In this document: positions 25,973 through 38,609 of the stretch, piece after piece
How the letters are laid out: every line of letters starts with the position of its first letter
Numbering within the stretch: position 1 is the first letter of the stretch
DNA from: Nitrospinaceae bacterium UBA7883
Lineage (GTDB): Bacteria; Nitrospinota_A; UBA7883
NCBI GenBank assembly: GCA_002500605.1
Contig: DLRR01000021.1
Location: 47,866-111,865 of the forward strand
Direction: 5' to 3'
Length of the DNA stretch: 64,000 nucleotides
The notes under the pieces: generated by a model
What the model saw: the letters and a program-made list of their open reading frames with translations, nothing else
Database searches by the model: none
Told to the model about the DNA's origin: nothing
Program-made: the position numbers and the translations under genes

Positions 25973-27439
25973 GTGAAATACAATGCCATAAAAATCAACC
26001 TATTAACCATAGTAGTTACTGTTTTTGTTATTACTATGTCTTTAAGTGGGTTTGATTTAAACACGTACGGAATTTTAGGTCCCGCTGAAGCTGAAGCCAA
26101 AAATACTTTAGAACTAGAGAACGCATTCGTAAAAATAGCAAAGGAACAGGCACCTGCTGTGGTGAGCATATCTACAAAGCAACGAATCAAATCCAGAGTG
26201 AGAGCTCCCAAAGACCTTATGCGAGATTTTTTTGAGAGAAGGTCCCCAGAAAGTCGGCAAATGCCCAGAGAGCGAATACGCCGGTCTCTTGGTTCGGGGT
26301 TTGTTGTGGAGTCCGAGGGTTATATTCTTACCAATAGCCATGTCGTCAACAAAGCCGATGAAATCATAGTAACATTTGGCAGTGGGAGAGGCAGTGATAG
26401 AGAAGAATATGAAGCAAAGCTTATTGCCTCTGACCCCAAGACAGATATAGCTCTCATTAAAATTAAAGCGAACAAGGATCTGCCTAAGGTCAAACTAGGA
26501 GACTCCGATAATATGAGGGTAGGCCAATGGGTTATGGCCATTGGAAACCCCTTTAACTTCCCACAAACTGTTACTGTCGGGGTAATATCTGCCAAACACC
26601 GAATAATAGGAGCCGGACCGTATGACAATTTTATCCAAACTGACGCAGCTATTAATTCAGGAAATTCTGGCGGGCCGCTAATTGATATCAACGGTAACGT
26701 GATCGGTATTAATACAGCCATATTCACTGGTGGCACACAGGGTAATATAGGAATTGGGTTCGCTATCCCAATAAATACTGCAATGGACATTTACAGCGAT
26801 CTCAAGAAAGGCAAAGTCAAACGTGGATGGTTAGGCGTAGGGATACAACAGGTAACCAAAGAACTTGAAAAGGCTCTTAAACTGCCTAAAGCCGCTGGTG
26901 CATTGGTTGGCGAAGTGTTTAAAGGGTCTCCTGCTAAAAAAGCAGGGGTAATGCGTGGTGATGTCATCGTGGAGTTTAACAAAGAAGAGGTATCTGAAGC
27001 TGGGGATCTCCCCAGAATCGTAGCAGCCGTGAGCCCAGGCTCTGTTGTTGTAGTAAAAATTATCCGAGAAGGTAGAGAAAAATTAATACGGTTAAAATTG
27101 GGCGAAATGCCTGATGATACAGAAATAATAATTAACCCGAGTCAATTTGAAGGCTTTGGTATGATTGTAGAAAACCTCACTGACCAATTAGCCAAACAGC
27201 TGGATGTGAGACAGGATGAAGGAGTGGTTGTCACCAGCGTAAAGCAGGGTGGATTAGCAGCTGCAGCGGGGTTTCGTGCTGGTGATATAATCACCGAAGT
27301 TAATCAAAAAAGAATAAAAAATATTGATAGTCTTTCCCGACAGACCGGAAAGGTCAAGCCAGGTGAACCGATACTAATGCTGGTGCAAAGAGATAAGCGC
27401 AACATGTTCTTGGTGATAAAGGCTACGGAGAAAAAATAG
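25973..27439 (+). CDS. degP: Do/DegP-family periplasmic serine protease with two PDZ domains
   Basis: LGSGFV, LTNSHVV, TDIAL, GNSGGPL catalytic motifs; two PDZ domains; N-terminal signal or TM. Confidence 0.93.
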   Translation: MKYNAIKINLLTIVVTVFVITMSLSGFDLNTYGILGPAEAEAKNTLELENAFVKIAKEQAPAVVSISTKQRIKSRVRAPKDLMRDFFERRSPESRQMPRERIRRSLGSGFVVESEGYILTNSHVVNKADEIIVTFGSGRGSDREEYEAKLIASDPKTDIALIKIKANKDLPKVKLGDSDNMRVGQWVMAIGNPFNFPQTVTVGVISAKHRIIGAGPYDNFIQTDAAINSGNSGGPLIDINGNVIGINTAIFTGGTQGNIGIGFAIPINTAMDIYSDLKKGKVKRGWLGVGIQQVTKELEKALKLPKAAGALVGEVFKGSPAKKAGVMRGDVIVEFNKEEVSEAGDLPRIVAAVSPGSVVVVKIIREGREKLIRLKLGEMPDDTEIIINPSQFEGFGMIVENLTDQLAKQLDVRQDEGVVVTSVKQGGLAAAAGFRAGDIITEVNQKRIKNIDSLSRQTGKVKPGEPILMLVQRDKRNMFLVIKATEKK

Positions 27440-27581
27440 CTTCGCCTGATTTTAGTGACAGGTATTTAACTAAAACCACTTATAAACAAGCTTATTAAGC
27501 ACATTGTTATGGAGAAGAAAAAGTTTTTAAAAAATATAACCTTCGGGGCCATAACAAACACAAGGAGCTAAAAATAATAAA

Positions 27582-27947
27582 ATCAAACGTGGATGGATAG
27601 GTGTTTCAATCCAGCAAGAAAACAAAAATCAGGAAGGGGACTTTGGACTTTCCAAAGCACTTGGTGTATTTGTAGATGATGTGTTTGCTGGATCAGCAGC
27701 AGAAAAAGCTGGAATCAAGCACGGTGATGTTGTTGTTAAATTCGACAACAAAAGGGTCTTGGGGGCATATGATTTCCCTAGAATTGTAGCCGCTGCACGC
27801 CTAGGGTCAACTGTTACAGTTGAGACAACTAGAGAAGGTGAAGAAAATACTTTATGTAAAATCGTCTCAATCGATGACCGATATCAGATTACAAAACAAC
27901 AAATAACGATGAATAATAAATTTTATTTGAACAAAACGTCTTTTTAG
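27582..27947 (+). pseudogene. Remnant of an HtrA PDZ1 domain
   Basis: In-frame KRGWIGVSIQ...GVFVDDVFAGSAAEKAGIKHGDVVVKF...DFPRIVAA parallels the degP PDZ1. Upstream stop at 27552-27554 and no start codon before GTG 27681, which lies mid-domain. Confidence 0.7.
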
Positions 27948-27969
27948 TGCTTTAATTACCACTATCTAT

Positions 27970-28046
27970 GGTGGGCGTAGCTCAGTTGGTAGAGCGCTAG
28001 ATTGTGGCTCTAGTGGCCGTGGGTTCAATTCCCATCGCTCACCCCA
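27970..28046 (+). tRNA. tRNA-His (GTG)
   Basis: G-1, acceptor gtgggcg/cgctcac, D loop agttggtaga, anticodon arm ctaga-ttgtggc-tctag, TTCAA T loop, discriminator C, encoded CCA. Confidence 0.97.
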
Positions 28047-28315
28047 TTTTACACATAGATTGAAAGTCAATGTTCCCAAAAAGTTGTGCAATTCAATGCC
28101 ATGTGCACGGATTAGTTACGTGTATTTTTCCTTGAAATGCCAATTCAAGGCAACTTTTCCAAAAACCAAAAGGAAATTCATTGAAAACCGCAAAAAAACA
28201 TATTACACTTACCGCTTTTTAGACCTTAAAACCCAGCTCTAACTAGCCAGCTGGTTAGTCCTTGAGTAGTCTGACCTGGCTTTGTTAAGCGGATCCACTG
28301 GTGGCATTTAGATAG

Positions 28316-28747
28316 ATGATTGACGTAGATTTTACACTGTTTATTCAAGCAACAAATTTCATAATCATACTATGGTTTTTGAACAAATTTATATTTAAGC
28401 CGGTATTGAAACATACCGAAATGCGTGACGAAAAAATTAATGAAATCGAGGACTGCACGTCTAGTTTTGTTAAACTTGGCGAAGAGGCTTTAACCAAATA
28501 TCAACAAGAATTAGCAAATATACGACGTGAGGCATCTGAAACAATTTCAAAGGCTCGGGACGAAGCACTTATCCAGCAGGATAAACTAACCGACAATGCA
28601 AAATTAGAATTCAAACGTTTAACTGATAATGCTTACAATGATATAAAAAATGAAGCGGATTTGGCCTCTACTTCACTCAACGTTGAAATTAATGATTTTG
28701 CCCACACACTTGCAGAAAAAATTCTCAACCGAAAGATTATCAAGTAA
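28316..28747 (+). CDS. ATP synthase F0 subunit b'
   Basis: DFTLFIQATNFIIILWFLNKFIFKP TM then coiled coil; first gene of the atp cluster. Confidence 0.9.
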   Translation: MIDVDFTLFIQATNFIIILWFLNKFIFKPVLKHTEMRDEKINEIEDCTSSFVKLGEEALTKYQQELANIRREASETISKARDEALIQQDKLTDNAKLEFKRLTDNAYNDIKNEADLASTSLNVEINDFAHTLAEKILNRKIIK

Positions 28748-28749
28748 TA

Positions 28750-29319
28750 ATGCAAACCAAAACTACCTTTATGTTGTTACTGGGACTTGCGCTCACACCT
28801 GCCATAGCCCACGCATCTGGACTTGAATTGGCCACTGAGTGGAGCTGGTATCGTGATGGCGGTAGAATAGTAAATGGTACAGTTGTAATAGGTATTTTTG
28901 TATGGCTGGTAGTAAAGTTTGGGGGTCCTATATTAAGAAAGCGCACAGAAGATATAGCCTACAAACTTAATGAGTTAGAGTTGGCTAGATCAAAAGCTGA
29001 AGTAGCCCTTAAAGAGTATGAAAGTAAACTTGCTTTAATCACTGATGAGGGTGAAAAGATAAAGCAAGAAGCCATAGAAGAAGCTGAGATTATCAAGAAA
29101 AAAATAATTGCACTAGCCGAAGAAGACGCAAAGAAAATTGTAGCTAAAGCCGCTGAACAAATTAATATTCAAAAAGAAAGTGCCAAAACTGAGCTTCGCC
29201 GTCAGGCAGCTAATGCAGCTATAGCTTTGGCCAAGGAGGTTCTTCAAAAAAACATCGGTCTTGAAGATCAAAAAGCCATTTTGGCAAACTATTTATCTGA
29301 AATGGAGAAGGTGCGTTGA
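28750..29319 (+). CDS. atpF: ATP synthase F0 subunit b
   Basis: Leader, TM helix, long charged coiled coil; position before atpH. Confidence 0.88.
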   Translation: MQTKTTFMLLLGLALTPAIAHASGLELATEWSWYRDGGRIVNGTVVIGIFVWLVVKFGGPILRKRTEDIAYKLNELELARSKAEVALKEYESKLALITDEGEKIKQEAIEEAEIIKKKIIALAEEDAKKIVAKAAEQINIQKESAKTELRRQAANAAIALAKEVLQKNIGLEDQKAILANYLSEMEKVR

Positions 29320-29852
29320 AAGAAACAGCGGTAGCAAGAAGATATGCGCGCGCCTTTGCGGAGCTTTATAGTGACCCAGCTATTCTTGAACAAATGATGG
29401 CTGAGTTATCTGAATTCGCTACTATTTTCGAGGAAAATAAAGAGCTTCGTACTATTATGTTAAATCCGGCCATTAGCCAGCAGGACAAAAGTGCTGTCAT
29501 GGCTGGCGTGCTCGAATGCTTAAAGGTGGCCGAACAAACCACTAAATTAATTGAGCTTTTAGTAGAACGGAATAGGATTGGCATTATTAGATTTGTTTCA
29601 TCGGAGTTCAATGATATAGCCTTCGTTGTTTTAGGCAGGGTATCTGTAGAAGTTACAACCGCCGTTGAATTAACCGATAGCGAAATGAAAGAATTGTCAA
29701 ACAAGCTCACAAAGCTCGTTGGTAAAGAGGCAGTAATTACTGCGAAAATTGACCCATCGTTAATTGGTGGGGTAGTGGCTCGTATCGGAAGCGTACTATA
29801 CGACGGTAGTATTTTAAACCACCTAAGAACCCTTAGGGTCGCTCTAAATTAA
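29316..29852 (+). CDS. atpH: ATP synthase delta subunit
   Basis: VARRYARAF, IDPSLIGGVVARIGSVLYDGS. Confidence 0.95.
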   Translation: MKETAVARRYARAFAELYSDPAILEQMMAELSEFATIFEENKELRTIMLNPAISQQDKSAVMAGVLECLKVAEQTTKLIELLVERNRIGIIRFVSSEFNDIAFVVLGRVSVEVTTAVELTDSEMKELSNKLTKLVGKEAVITAKIDPSLIGGVVARIGSVLYDGSILNHLRTLRVALN

Positions 29853-29870
29853 TAGGGGACAAGAAATAAT

Positions 29871-31382
29871 ATGGGAATTAAAGCAGAAGAGATCAGCTCA
29901 ATAATAAAACAGAAAATTGATAATTTTGAGCAGAAGGTTGAGCTTAAAGAAGTAGGGACAGTAATCTCCGTTGGCGATGGTATTGCCAGAGTATATGGTT
30001 TGGAAAACTGCATGGCAGGTGAAATGCTAAAGTTCCCAGGGGACATAACCGGAATGGCGTTTAACTTAGAAGAGGACAACGTTGGTGCCGTGCTTTTAGG
30101 AAACGACATCAATATTAAGGAAGGCGATGTGGTTACTCGTACTAGTCGCATTTTCTCAGTTCCTGTCGGGGATGCCGTTGTTGGCAGGGTAGTAAATGCC
30201 ATCGGTGAACCGCTAGATGGTAAAGGTGTAATTGAAACAGATTTGTTTGGTCCTGTTGAAAAAATTGCCCCGGGTGTCATTGAACGTAAATCTGTCCACG
30301 AACCAATGCAAACAGGGCTTAAAGCCATCGATTCAATGATTCCTATAGGAAGGGGACAACGTGAGCTTATCATCGGCGACAGACAAACTGGCAAGACAGC
30401 TGTAGCCATCGATACTATTATCAACCAAAAGAACCAAGATGTTTACTGTATTTACGTTGCTATTGGGCAAAAACGCTCTACCGTTGCCCACGTACAAAAA
30501 ACCCTTGAAGAACATGGTGCCATGGAATACACAACCATCGTTGCAGCTACGGCCTCTGAACCAGCCCCTCTGCAATACATGGCCCCTTACTCCGGATGTG
30601 CAATTGGAGAATGGTTTCGCGACAACGGAAAGCATGCGCTGATTATCTACGATGATCTTTCTAAACAGGCAGCAGCTTATAGGCAACTGTCTCTGCTTAT
30701 GCGTCGACCACCGGGGCGCGAGGCATATCCAGGCGATGTTTTCTACTGCCATAGCCGCTTGCTTGAACGCGCAGCTAAGCTAAACGATGACTTAGGAGCA
30801 GGCTCGCTCACTGCATTGCCAATCATCGAAACACAGGCTAGTGACGTATCAGCCTACATTCCAACAAATGTTATTTCTATCACTGATGGTCAGATATTTT
30901 TAGAGTCAGACTTATTTTATTCCGGAGTTCGCCCCGCAATAAATGTTGGGATATCGGTTTCGCGGGTAGGCGGGTCGGCCCAGACCAAAGCGACAAAGCA
31001 AGTTGCCGGACGTTTAAGGCTGGACTTGGCTCAGTTTCGTGAGCTGGCCGCTTTTGCTGCATTCGGCTCTGACTTAGACGAGGCTACTCAAGCCCAACTT
31101 ACTCGCGGTGAGCGCCTTGTTGAAATATTAAAACAGGATCAGTACAAGCCAATGTCAATGGAGCAACAGGTTGTACTAATCTACAGTGGTGTTAATGGTC
31201 ATCTTGACGAACTCCCAATTTCATCACTCTCAAAATTTGAGGAAGAGTTAATTCCCTTCGTAGAATCCAAATACCCTGATATTTATACGTCGATTCGTAA
31301 TGACAAAAAGATAACTGACGTTACAGAGAAAGAACTTGTCAAAGCCATTACTGAATTTAAAAGTCGTTTTAAAAAAGAATAG
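29871..31382 (+). CDS. atpA: ATP synthase alpha subunit
   Basis: [23 protein letters not shown]. Confidence 0.99.
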   Translation: MGIKAEEISSIIKQKIDNFEQKVELKEVGTVISVGDGIARVYGLENCMAGEMLKFPGDITGMAFNLEEDNVGAVLLGNDINIKEGDVVTRTSRIFSVPVGDAVVGRVVNAIGEPLDGKGVIETDLFGPVEKIAPGVIERKSVHEPMQTGLKAIDSMIPIGRGQRELIIGDRQTGKTAVAIDTIINQKNQDVYCIYVAIGQKRSTVAHVQKTLEEHGAMEYTTIVAATASEPAPLQYMAPYSGCAIGEWFRDNGKHALIIYDDLSKQAAAYRQLSLLMRRPPGREAYPGDVFYCHSRLLERAAKLNDDLGAGSLTALPIIETQASDVSAYIPTNVISITDGQIFLESDLFYSGVRPAINVGISVSRVGGSAQTKATKQVAGRLRLDLAQFRELAAFAAFGSDLDEATQAQLTRGERLVEILKQDQYKPMSMEQQVVLIYSGVNGHLDELPISSLSKFEEELIPFVESKYPDIYTSIRNDKKITDVTEKELVKAITEFKSRFKKE

Positions 31383-31386
31383 ATAG

Positions 31387-32253
31387 ATGGCTAACCTAAA
31401 GGATATCAGAAGAAGGATTGTCTCCGTTAAAAATACCCAGCAAATTACTAAGGCTATGAAATTGGTAGCTGCGGCAAAGTTGCGAAGAGCTCAGGAAGCA
31501 ATGGAGAACGCGAGGCCGTACTCTGCTAAAATGATCGAGTTTGTGGGCAGGCTCGCAGCTAACTCGAACCCAGAATCGCACCCACTGCTTATCAAACGCG
31601 ATTCACAGAAAGTGCTTATCGTCACCTTGACAGGTGATAAGGGACTTTGTGGGCCATTTAACAACTCCGTCGTTAAGCTCACAAATCAGGTGATAGATTC
31701 CAATAAAACTTCAGAAATCTCTTTAATCCCAGTTGGCCGTAGAGGATACGATTATTTTAAGCGCCGCCCAGTTAAGATTTTAGATCATATCATTGAATAC
31801 AGCAAACAAGTTGGCTACCCCTTGGCTGAAAAAATTGCGCAGATTATAATTGACGAATTTTCGAGTGAAAGGGCCGACGCAACATACATTGTGTTCAATA
31901 AATTTAAGAATGTGGCAACCCAAAAGGCCATAGCATTACCATTGCTGCCAATAATTATGGAAACTGACACAGGGATATCAGCTATAAACCAAGTTGATTA
32001 TGAATATGAACCATCTGCTGAAGAAATTCTAGATGGAATTCTAACCCGCTATGTAGTTTCACAGATTTACCAAGCCCTTCTTGAGTCAGTAGCATCAGAG
32101 CATGGTGCACGGATGACAGCCATGGATGGGGCGACAAAAAATGCTTCTGAAATGATCTCGGACCTTACACTAGAATACAATAGGGCACGGCAGGCTGCCA
32201 TCACTACAGAACTTATCGAAGTGGTGACCGGTGCTGACGCGCTTGCAGGATAA
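31387..32253 (+). CDS. atpG: ATP synthase gamma subunit
   Basis: KNTQQITKAMK, DKGLCG, SEHGARM, NRARQAAITTE. Confidence 0.98.
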   Translation: MANLKDIRRRIVSVKNTQQITKAMKLVAAAKLRRAQEAMENARPYSAKMIEFVGRLAANSNPESHPLLIKRDSQKVLIVTLTGDKGLCGPFNNSVVKLTNQVIDSNKTSEISLIPVGRRGYDYFKRRPVKILDHIIEYSKQVGYPLAEKIAQIIIDEFSSERADATYIVFNKFKNVATQKAIALPLLPIIMETDTGISAINQVDYEYEPSAEEILDGILTRYVVSQIYQALLESVASEHGARMTAMDGATKNASEMISDLTLEYNRARQAAITTELIEVVTGADALAG

Positions 32254-32299
32254 ACATAATGAAAGCCTATTTATTTCATTTCGCACGGCTGGAGGATAG

Positions 32300-33718
<1,419 letters not shown>

Positions 33719-34138
33719 ATGGCCCAGGATGGAATTGAAAGCGGCAAACTTACCTTACAAGTTGTAACTCCAAGCAGATTAGTTTTAGATTCACATGTAT
33801 CAATAGTGACCTTACCTGGAAAAGAAGGTGACTTTGGGGTTTTAGCTGGCCATATGCCTTTAATAACATTGCTCCAACCAGGAGTTGTCGATTACGAAGA
33901 AGGTGGAGTACAGAGAAAACTATCAGTCTCAGGTGGTGTTGTTGAGGTTACTCAAGACAAAGTATTGCTACTGGCTCGCACATGCGAAAAACCAGATGAG
34001 ATTGATGAAGAAAGGGCCAATCGAGCAAAAAAATATTCAGAAGATTCTCTGTCAGGAATGTCTCACGATGACGAAAGTTTTGCTCGAATGGAGGTTAAGC
34101 TCAAAAGAGCACTATCTAGGCTTAAAGCAAAAAACTAA
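33719..34138 (+). CDS. atpC: ATP synthase epsilon subunit
   Basis: LQVVTP, EGDFGVLAGHMPLIT, VSGGVVEV. Confidence 0.96.
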   Translation: MAQDGIESGKLTLQVVTPSRLVLDSHVSIVTLPGKEGDFGVLAGHMPLITLLQPGVVDYEEGGVQRKLSVSGGVVEVTQDKVLLLARTCEKPDEIDEERANRAKKYSEDSLSGMSHDDESFARMEVKLKRALSRLKAKN

Positions 34139-34158
34139 ACTGCTTTTTACAGAAACTC

Positions 34159-35073
34159 TCAATATCCATCAAGCCCTAAGTAGTCAAGATTTTCACTAAT
34201 AAACTGCTTGGGTTGGATACCAAATATTGCCTTAAACTCTTGTTCTTTACAGATATTCCCCTGTTTTAGCATTAGCAGTTGATCTGAAGTTACTGGAAAA
34301 AATGAAAATCTTTCCATCACTGAGGCCACAGGTAAAATGAGACCGAAAGGAATCGGCATGGTGACTATCCGCTTCTTGCCGATTGCCTTGCCTATAGTTT
34401 CTACAATCTGTTTAAATTTTATTGGTCTGCCGCCGCAGAGATGAAACGTCTTCCCAGAAGATATTGGGGTGTTCAACGCCTTTACGAAACAGTCCGCTAC
34501 ATCGCCTACCCACACCGGGTCCATTTCAAGTTTGCCTCCATCGAATATTGGAATAATAATAAAGGACCGGATTATACCTGCTAGCTCTGTGGAGAATTCA
34601 AATAGCCCTTCTGGGTCGCCAAAAATAACGGATGGCCTAAATATGGTCCAATCCAACCCACTTTCCTCGACGATTCGTTCAGCACGCCGTTTTGTTGTTT
34701 GATATACCGACACCCCATGCTCCGACGCACCATTTGCACTCATCTGAATAAATCTTTTTACCCCGCATTTTTTTGCTATATTTACGGTGTGCAACGTACT
34801 TTGATAATGTGTTTGATCAAAGGTAATGCCTTTTCGTGGATACTCGCGAATGATACCAACAAGGTTTATAACTGCATCACACTTTTCCATGCCAATGCGC
34901 ATTTCTTGTGGCTCAAGGGAATCGCCAAAAACAATTTCCACCCCGTCTAGAAAAGGAAGCTTGACCTCAGACCCATGCCTAACCCAAGCGTAGACCATGT
35001 GGTGGGCAGCTTTAAGAGCCCTAATTACATTTCGCCCAACAAAGCCTGTTCCTCCAGTCACAAAAACGTTCAA
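34159..35073 (-). CDS. NDUFA9-like NAD(P)-binding atypical SDR protein
   Basis: VTGGTGFVG, NLVGIIRE, RFIQMSANGA, WTIFRPSVIFG; TTG start. Confidence 0.85.
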   Translation of the reverse strand: MNVFVTGGTGFVGRNVIRALKAAHHMVYAWVRHGSEVKLPFLDGVEIVFGDSLEPQEMRIGMEKCDAVINLVGIIREYPRKGITFDQTHYQSTLHTVNIAKKCGVKRFIQMSANGASEHGVSVYQTTKRRAERIVEESGLDWTIFRPSVIFGDPEGLFEFSTELAGIIRSFIIIPIFDGGKLEMDPVWVGDVADCFVKALNTPISSGKTFHLCGGRPIKFKQIVETIGKAIGKKRIVTMPIPFGLILPVASVMERFSFFPVTSDQLLMLKQGNICKEQEFKAIFGIQPKQFISENLDYLGLDGY

Positions 35074-35163
35074 CTGTTACATACTCCTTGCAAGACCAAA
35101 GTTGGGACTATTAGCAAATAAGGCCTTGAATCTGAAATATTATAGTCATGAAACAGAAGTTGT

Positions 35164-35925
35164 TTAACTGTCCATACCACGGACACATTCCTTAACAAAT
35201 TTTTTAAACAATCTACGACTAGCAACATCTGTCTCAAACAGCTGTTCCGGATGCCACTGTACGCCCAAAATAAAGCTGTCTATTCCTGGCAGTTCAATTG
35301 CCTCAACAACGTTGTCTGCTGCAACTGCACACACTGAAACACCATCGCCGGTTTCCTTAATTGCTTGGTGATGAGTAGAGTTTATTTTGAGTCGAGTCTT
35401 TCCTGCAATTTTACGTATCAGAGAACCGGCAGTTAAGTAAACATCGTGGCTAGTTTTACTTGGTGGCTTAGGCGATTGTTCGTGGTTTAAAGCATTGTTT
35501 ACCTGGGTTTTTAAGTCTTGGAATAGGCTCCCTCCAAAAGTAACGTTAATAGCTTGAATCCCACCGCAAATTCCCAGTATTGGAATCTTTTGTTCTACTG
35601 CTTTTTTTATTAGGCGCATCTCCATTCTTGTGCGTTCTGGTTGCAGCTTTCCAAGAACAGGCAAAGGTTTTTCGCCGTATGTCTTCGGGTCTATATCAAA
35701 CCAGCCACCTGTAATTAACAATCCATCAATCACATCCAAGTATTTTTCTGACCTTTTTGCAGAGCTCATTGGCGGAATCAAAATAGGAAGCCCCCCTGAC
35801 TTCACTAATGCATCCACGTACTTTCGCTTGATATAGTAAGAAGTCTCTTCTTCTACGTTGGGTATTATTTTCATAATACTTGTATCCGTTGTGACGCCAA
35901 TTATAGGAATTCCAACCTTTTTCAT
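35164..35925 (-). CDS. Gamma-glutamyl-gamma-aminobutyrate hydrolase family (peptidase C26) glutamine amidotransferase
   Basis: DGLLITGG, ILGICGGIQ, NSTHHQA, GVQWHPE. Confidence 0.9.
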   Translation of the reverse strand: MKKVGIPIIGVTTDTSIMKIIPNVEEETSYYIKRKYVDALVKSGGLPILIPPMSSAKRSEKYLDVIDGLLITGGWFDIDPKTYGEKPLPVLGKLQPERTRMEMRLIKKAVEQKIPILGICGGIQAINVTFGGSLFQDLKTQVNNALNHEQSPKPPSKTSHDVYLTAGSLIRKIAGKTRLKINSTHHQAIKETGDGVSVCAVAADNVVEAIELPGIDSFILGVQWHPEQLFETDVASRRLFKKFVKECVRGMDS

Positions 35926-36504
35926 TAATTACCCTTAAATTCTATAAACAATTACCAGGATGCAAAGGCATCTTGTCATTCCAACATCTTTAACTTTAAT
36001 AACACCATAATACAATAACAGTCTTCTCGTATCATATTTCATAGGTTTTCTCGAGTAATCTTGAGTTGGCTTAAGCTCATAAGATATAAGGAAATCACAT
36101 TGGTTTTTCCAATTGCAAAGACCTTATTGCAATATTTCAACTTCGTATAAATAAAGCAAAACAAGCAAGTCGTTCGCATGTCATTCCCAGAAAATGATCT
36201 GGTAGAGATCAATACTGGAATGGATGTAACTTGGCTGAACAAGAACACTACTGCTCATTTAGGGCTATAACAAAAAAAATAATTAAATAATTGCGGGTTT
36301 GGGAATTAGAAATTGTTGAAAACAATCTCTAGTTTTGCCATAATGTCGCCCTTACAATCTTAATAATTTACCATCTGATACGTGCCAACGGATCTGCTTG
36401 GTGATCAGAGTCGTACATAGCTATAATATCCAGATGTTTGGCTAGAACAAATTCTTGGATAATATGTTATGCTAATTTGTTTAGTTGTTTGTGGAGGTAA
36501 TTTG

Positions 36505-36813
36505 ATGTTTGCTGTTTTAATAACTGGTGGTAAGCAATATAAGGTTTCTAAAGGTGACCGAATTAATATCGAGAAGATAGATGGCGATATTGGGTCTAAT
36601 GTAGTATTAGAGCAAATACTTATGACCGGAAAAGGGGAAAAAGTCCAGATCGGCACTCCATTTCTTGAAAACAAAAAAGTGTCAGCAAAGATTTTATCTC
36701 ACGATAAAGCTCCAAAGGTATTAATCCAAAAACATAAGCCTAGAAAAAATTCCCGGAAAAGAACTGGCCATCGTCAACAATTTACTACACTAGAAATTAC
36801 TTCAATAAGCTGA
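36505..36813 (+). CDS. rplU: 50S ribosomal protein L21
   Basis: MFAV..TGGKQYKV, GHRQQFT; ggagg RBS places the start at 36505. Confidence 0.97.
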   Translation: MFAVLITGGKQYKVSKGDRINIEKIDGDIGSNVVLEQILMTGKGEKVQIGTPFLENKKVSAKILSHDKAPKVLIQKHKPRKNSRKRTGHRQQFTTLEITSIS

Positions 36814-36829
36814 CTAGAAGGGCACTACT

Positions 36830-37099
36830 ATGGCACACAAAAAGGGACAAGGGAGTACATCAAACGGTCGGGATTCTGCCGGGCGTCGCCTAGGAGTTAA
36901 AAAGTTTAGCGGGGAGTTAGTTAATGCAGGAAATATTATCGTTCGCCAACGAGGCACCAGATTTTTCCCTGGGCGAAATGTCAGCATGGGAAATGACCAC
37001 ACCCTGTTTGCAAAAATAGATGGCGTTGTTGATTTTACAACAGGTGGCAAAGGTCCACGCCGCTATATTAACGTTGACCTGGTAGACAACAAAGCATAG
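36830..37099 (+). CDS. rpmA: 50S ribosomal protein L27
   Basis: [21 protein letters not shown]. Confidence 0.99.
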   Translation: MAHKKGQGSTSNGRDSAGRRLGVKKFSGELVNAGNIIVRQRGTRFFPGRNVSMGNDHTLFAKIDGVVDFTTGGKGPRRYINVDLVDNKA

Positions 37100-37195
37100 G
37101 GCATCTGTAAAAGCTTCTTTTCCCGCACTGGCTATTGCTTTGGAGCAGGTTTTTTTGCCGCTACCCCATTAACAAAATCACTGAACAACGAAGTC

Positions 37196-38221
37196 ATGAC
37201 TGAATTCATTGATGAGGCACGCATAGAAATAAAGGCTGGCGATGGTGGTTCCGGCAAAATATCATTTCGCCGTGAAAAGTTTGTACCTCGCGGCGGTCCT
37301 GATGGAGGCGATGGTGGGAACGGAGGCTCAATAAGCTTTTTAGCCGACCACAACCTAAACACACTACTTGATTACAAACTAGAACGCCATTATACAGCTA
37401 CAAGCGGTGAACCTGGAAGCAAGAGTCAGAAAACTGGTAAAAGTGGCGTTGATTTGGTACTGCGGGTTCCTGTTGGAACTATTATAAGAGATGTCAATAC
37501 TGGTGACATCATCACTGATCTTCATGAGTATGGGCAAAGCACCGTTGTAGTAAAGGGTGGTTCAGGCGGATGGGGTAACTCACATTTTAAATCTTCTGTC
37601 AATCAGTCACCCAGAAGAGCCAATAAAGGGACAGAGGGAGAGTCTCGCAGTATTAGGCTAGAGCTAAAACTTATGGCTGATATTGGAGTAATCGGGTTTC
37701 CAAACGTAGGAAAGTCAACGTTAGTTTCTCGCGTATCAAACGCCAAACCAAAAATTGGGGAATACCCTTTCACAACATTAACGCCAAACCTCGGTGCAGT
37801 TAAATGGGACTTACATAAATCATTCTATATAGCTGATATACCAGGCCTTATAGAAGGAGCGGCTATAGGCCGTGGATTGGGTCATCAGTTTCTTAAGCAC
37901 ATTGAAAGAACTCGACTACTAATACATTTGATCGATCCACTGGCCTTTGAAGCAGGACGAAACCCCTTGGCTGACTACAAAATAATAAACAATGAGTTGG
38001 AACGATTTTCTAGAAACCTATCCAGCAAACCACAGATAGTAGTAATCAACAAGGCAGACGCGTTAAACGATTTACATTTTTTGGAAACGACAAAAACAGA
38101 ATTTAATAAGCATGTAGGGGTAGAGCTAAGATTAATTAGTGCCGTATCAGGGCAAGGTCTTGATGGACTTGTCAAACATGCAGGAACCCTGCTCGAGCAA
38201 ACAGTTAGCAAAGAAATGTAA
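37196..38221 (+). CDS. obgE: GTPase ObgE
   Basis: GDGG Gly-rich Obg fold, GFPNVGKST, FTTL, DIPG, NKAD. Confidence 0.98.
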   Translation: MTEFIDEARIEIKAGDGGSGKISFRREKFVPRGGPDGGDGGNGGSISFLADHNLNTLLDYKLERHYTATSGEPGSKSQKTGKSGVDLVLRVPVGTIIRDVNTGDIITDLHEYGQSTVVVKGGSGGWGNSHFKSSVNQSPRRANKGTEGESRSIRLELKLMADIGVIGFPNVGKSTLVSRVSNAKPKIGEYPFTTLTPNLGAVKWDLHKSFYIADIPGLIEGAAIGRGLGHQFLKHIERTRLLIHLIDPLAFEAGRNPLADYKIINNELERFSRNLSSKPQIVVINKADALNDLHFLETTKTEFNKHVGVELRLISAVSGQGLDGLVKHAGTLLEQTVSKEM

Positions 38222-38609
38222 AAAATGGAAAGCTGCCTCGTGAAAAGTTGTTCTCAAGTTAATCTAGAAGGTAAAATGACTATAAAAAGCAACTATTAGA
38301 AATAGTAATATTTACTAACAACATTCTGGTAATGTCTACGAGAAATTTCTTCTTAGAATTGCTAATTATAGCTTGATTTTTTAGAAGAATTTGTTTTAAT
38401 TAAGTCACTCTTTAATGTGTCAAAAGATACACCTAAGAAGCTATTATCTTCTTGCCATTAGCTGGCTCACAATTGTAATTATGGTGTCTCATGATTATTT
38501 AGTGAGGGTTGTAGAGGTAGGGAAAATTTATAACGAGCCAGGTATTGGTCCGCATGGAGTGATCTTCTAATGGAACAGCGCTCATGTGGAAAAAAGGTAT
38601 ATTTGTTTT

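Noticed and set aside
25870-26211. 113-aa minus-strand ORF with LPFCLPFCLP repeat
   Set aside because: Antisense to degP; the peptide repeat only reflects the 12-bp DNA repeat.
27970-28315. Integrated element at tRNA-His
   Set aside because: No integrase or duplicated tRNA 3' end; the atp operon follows directly.
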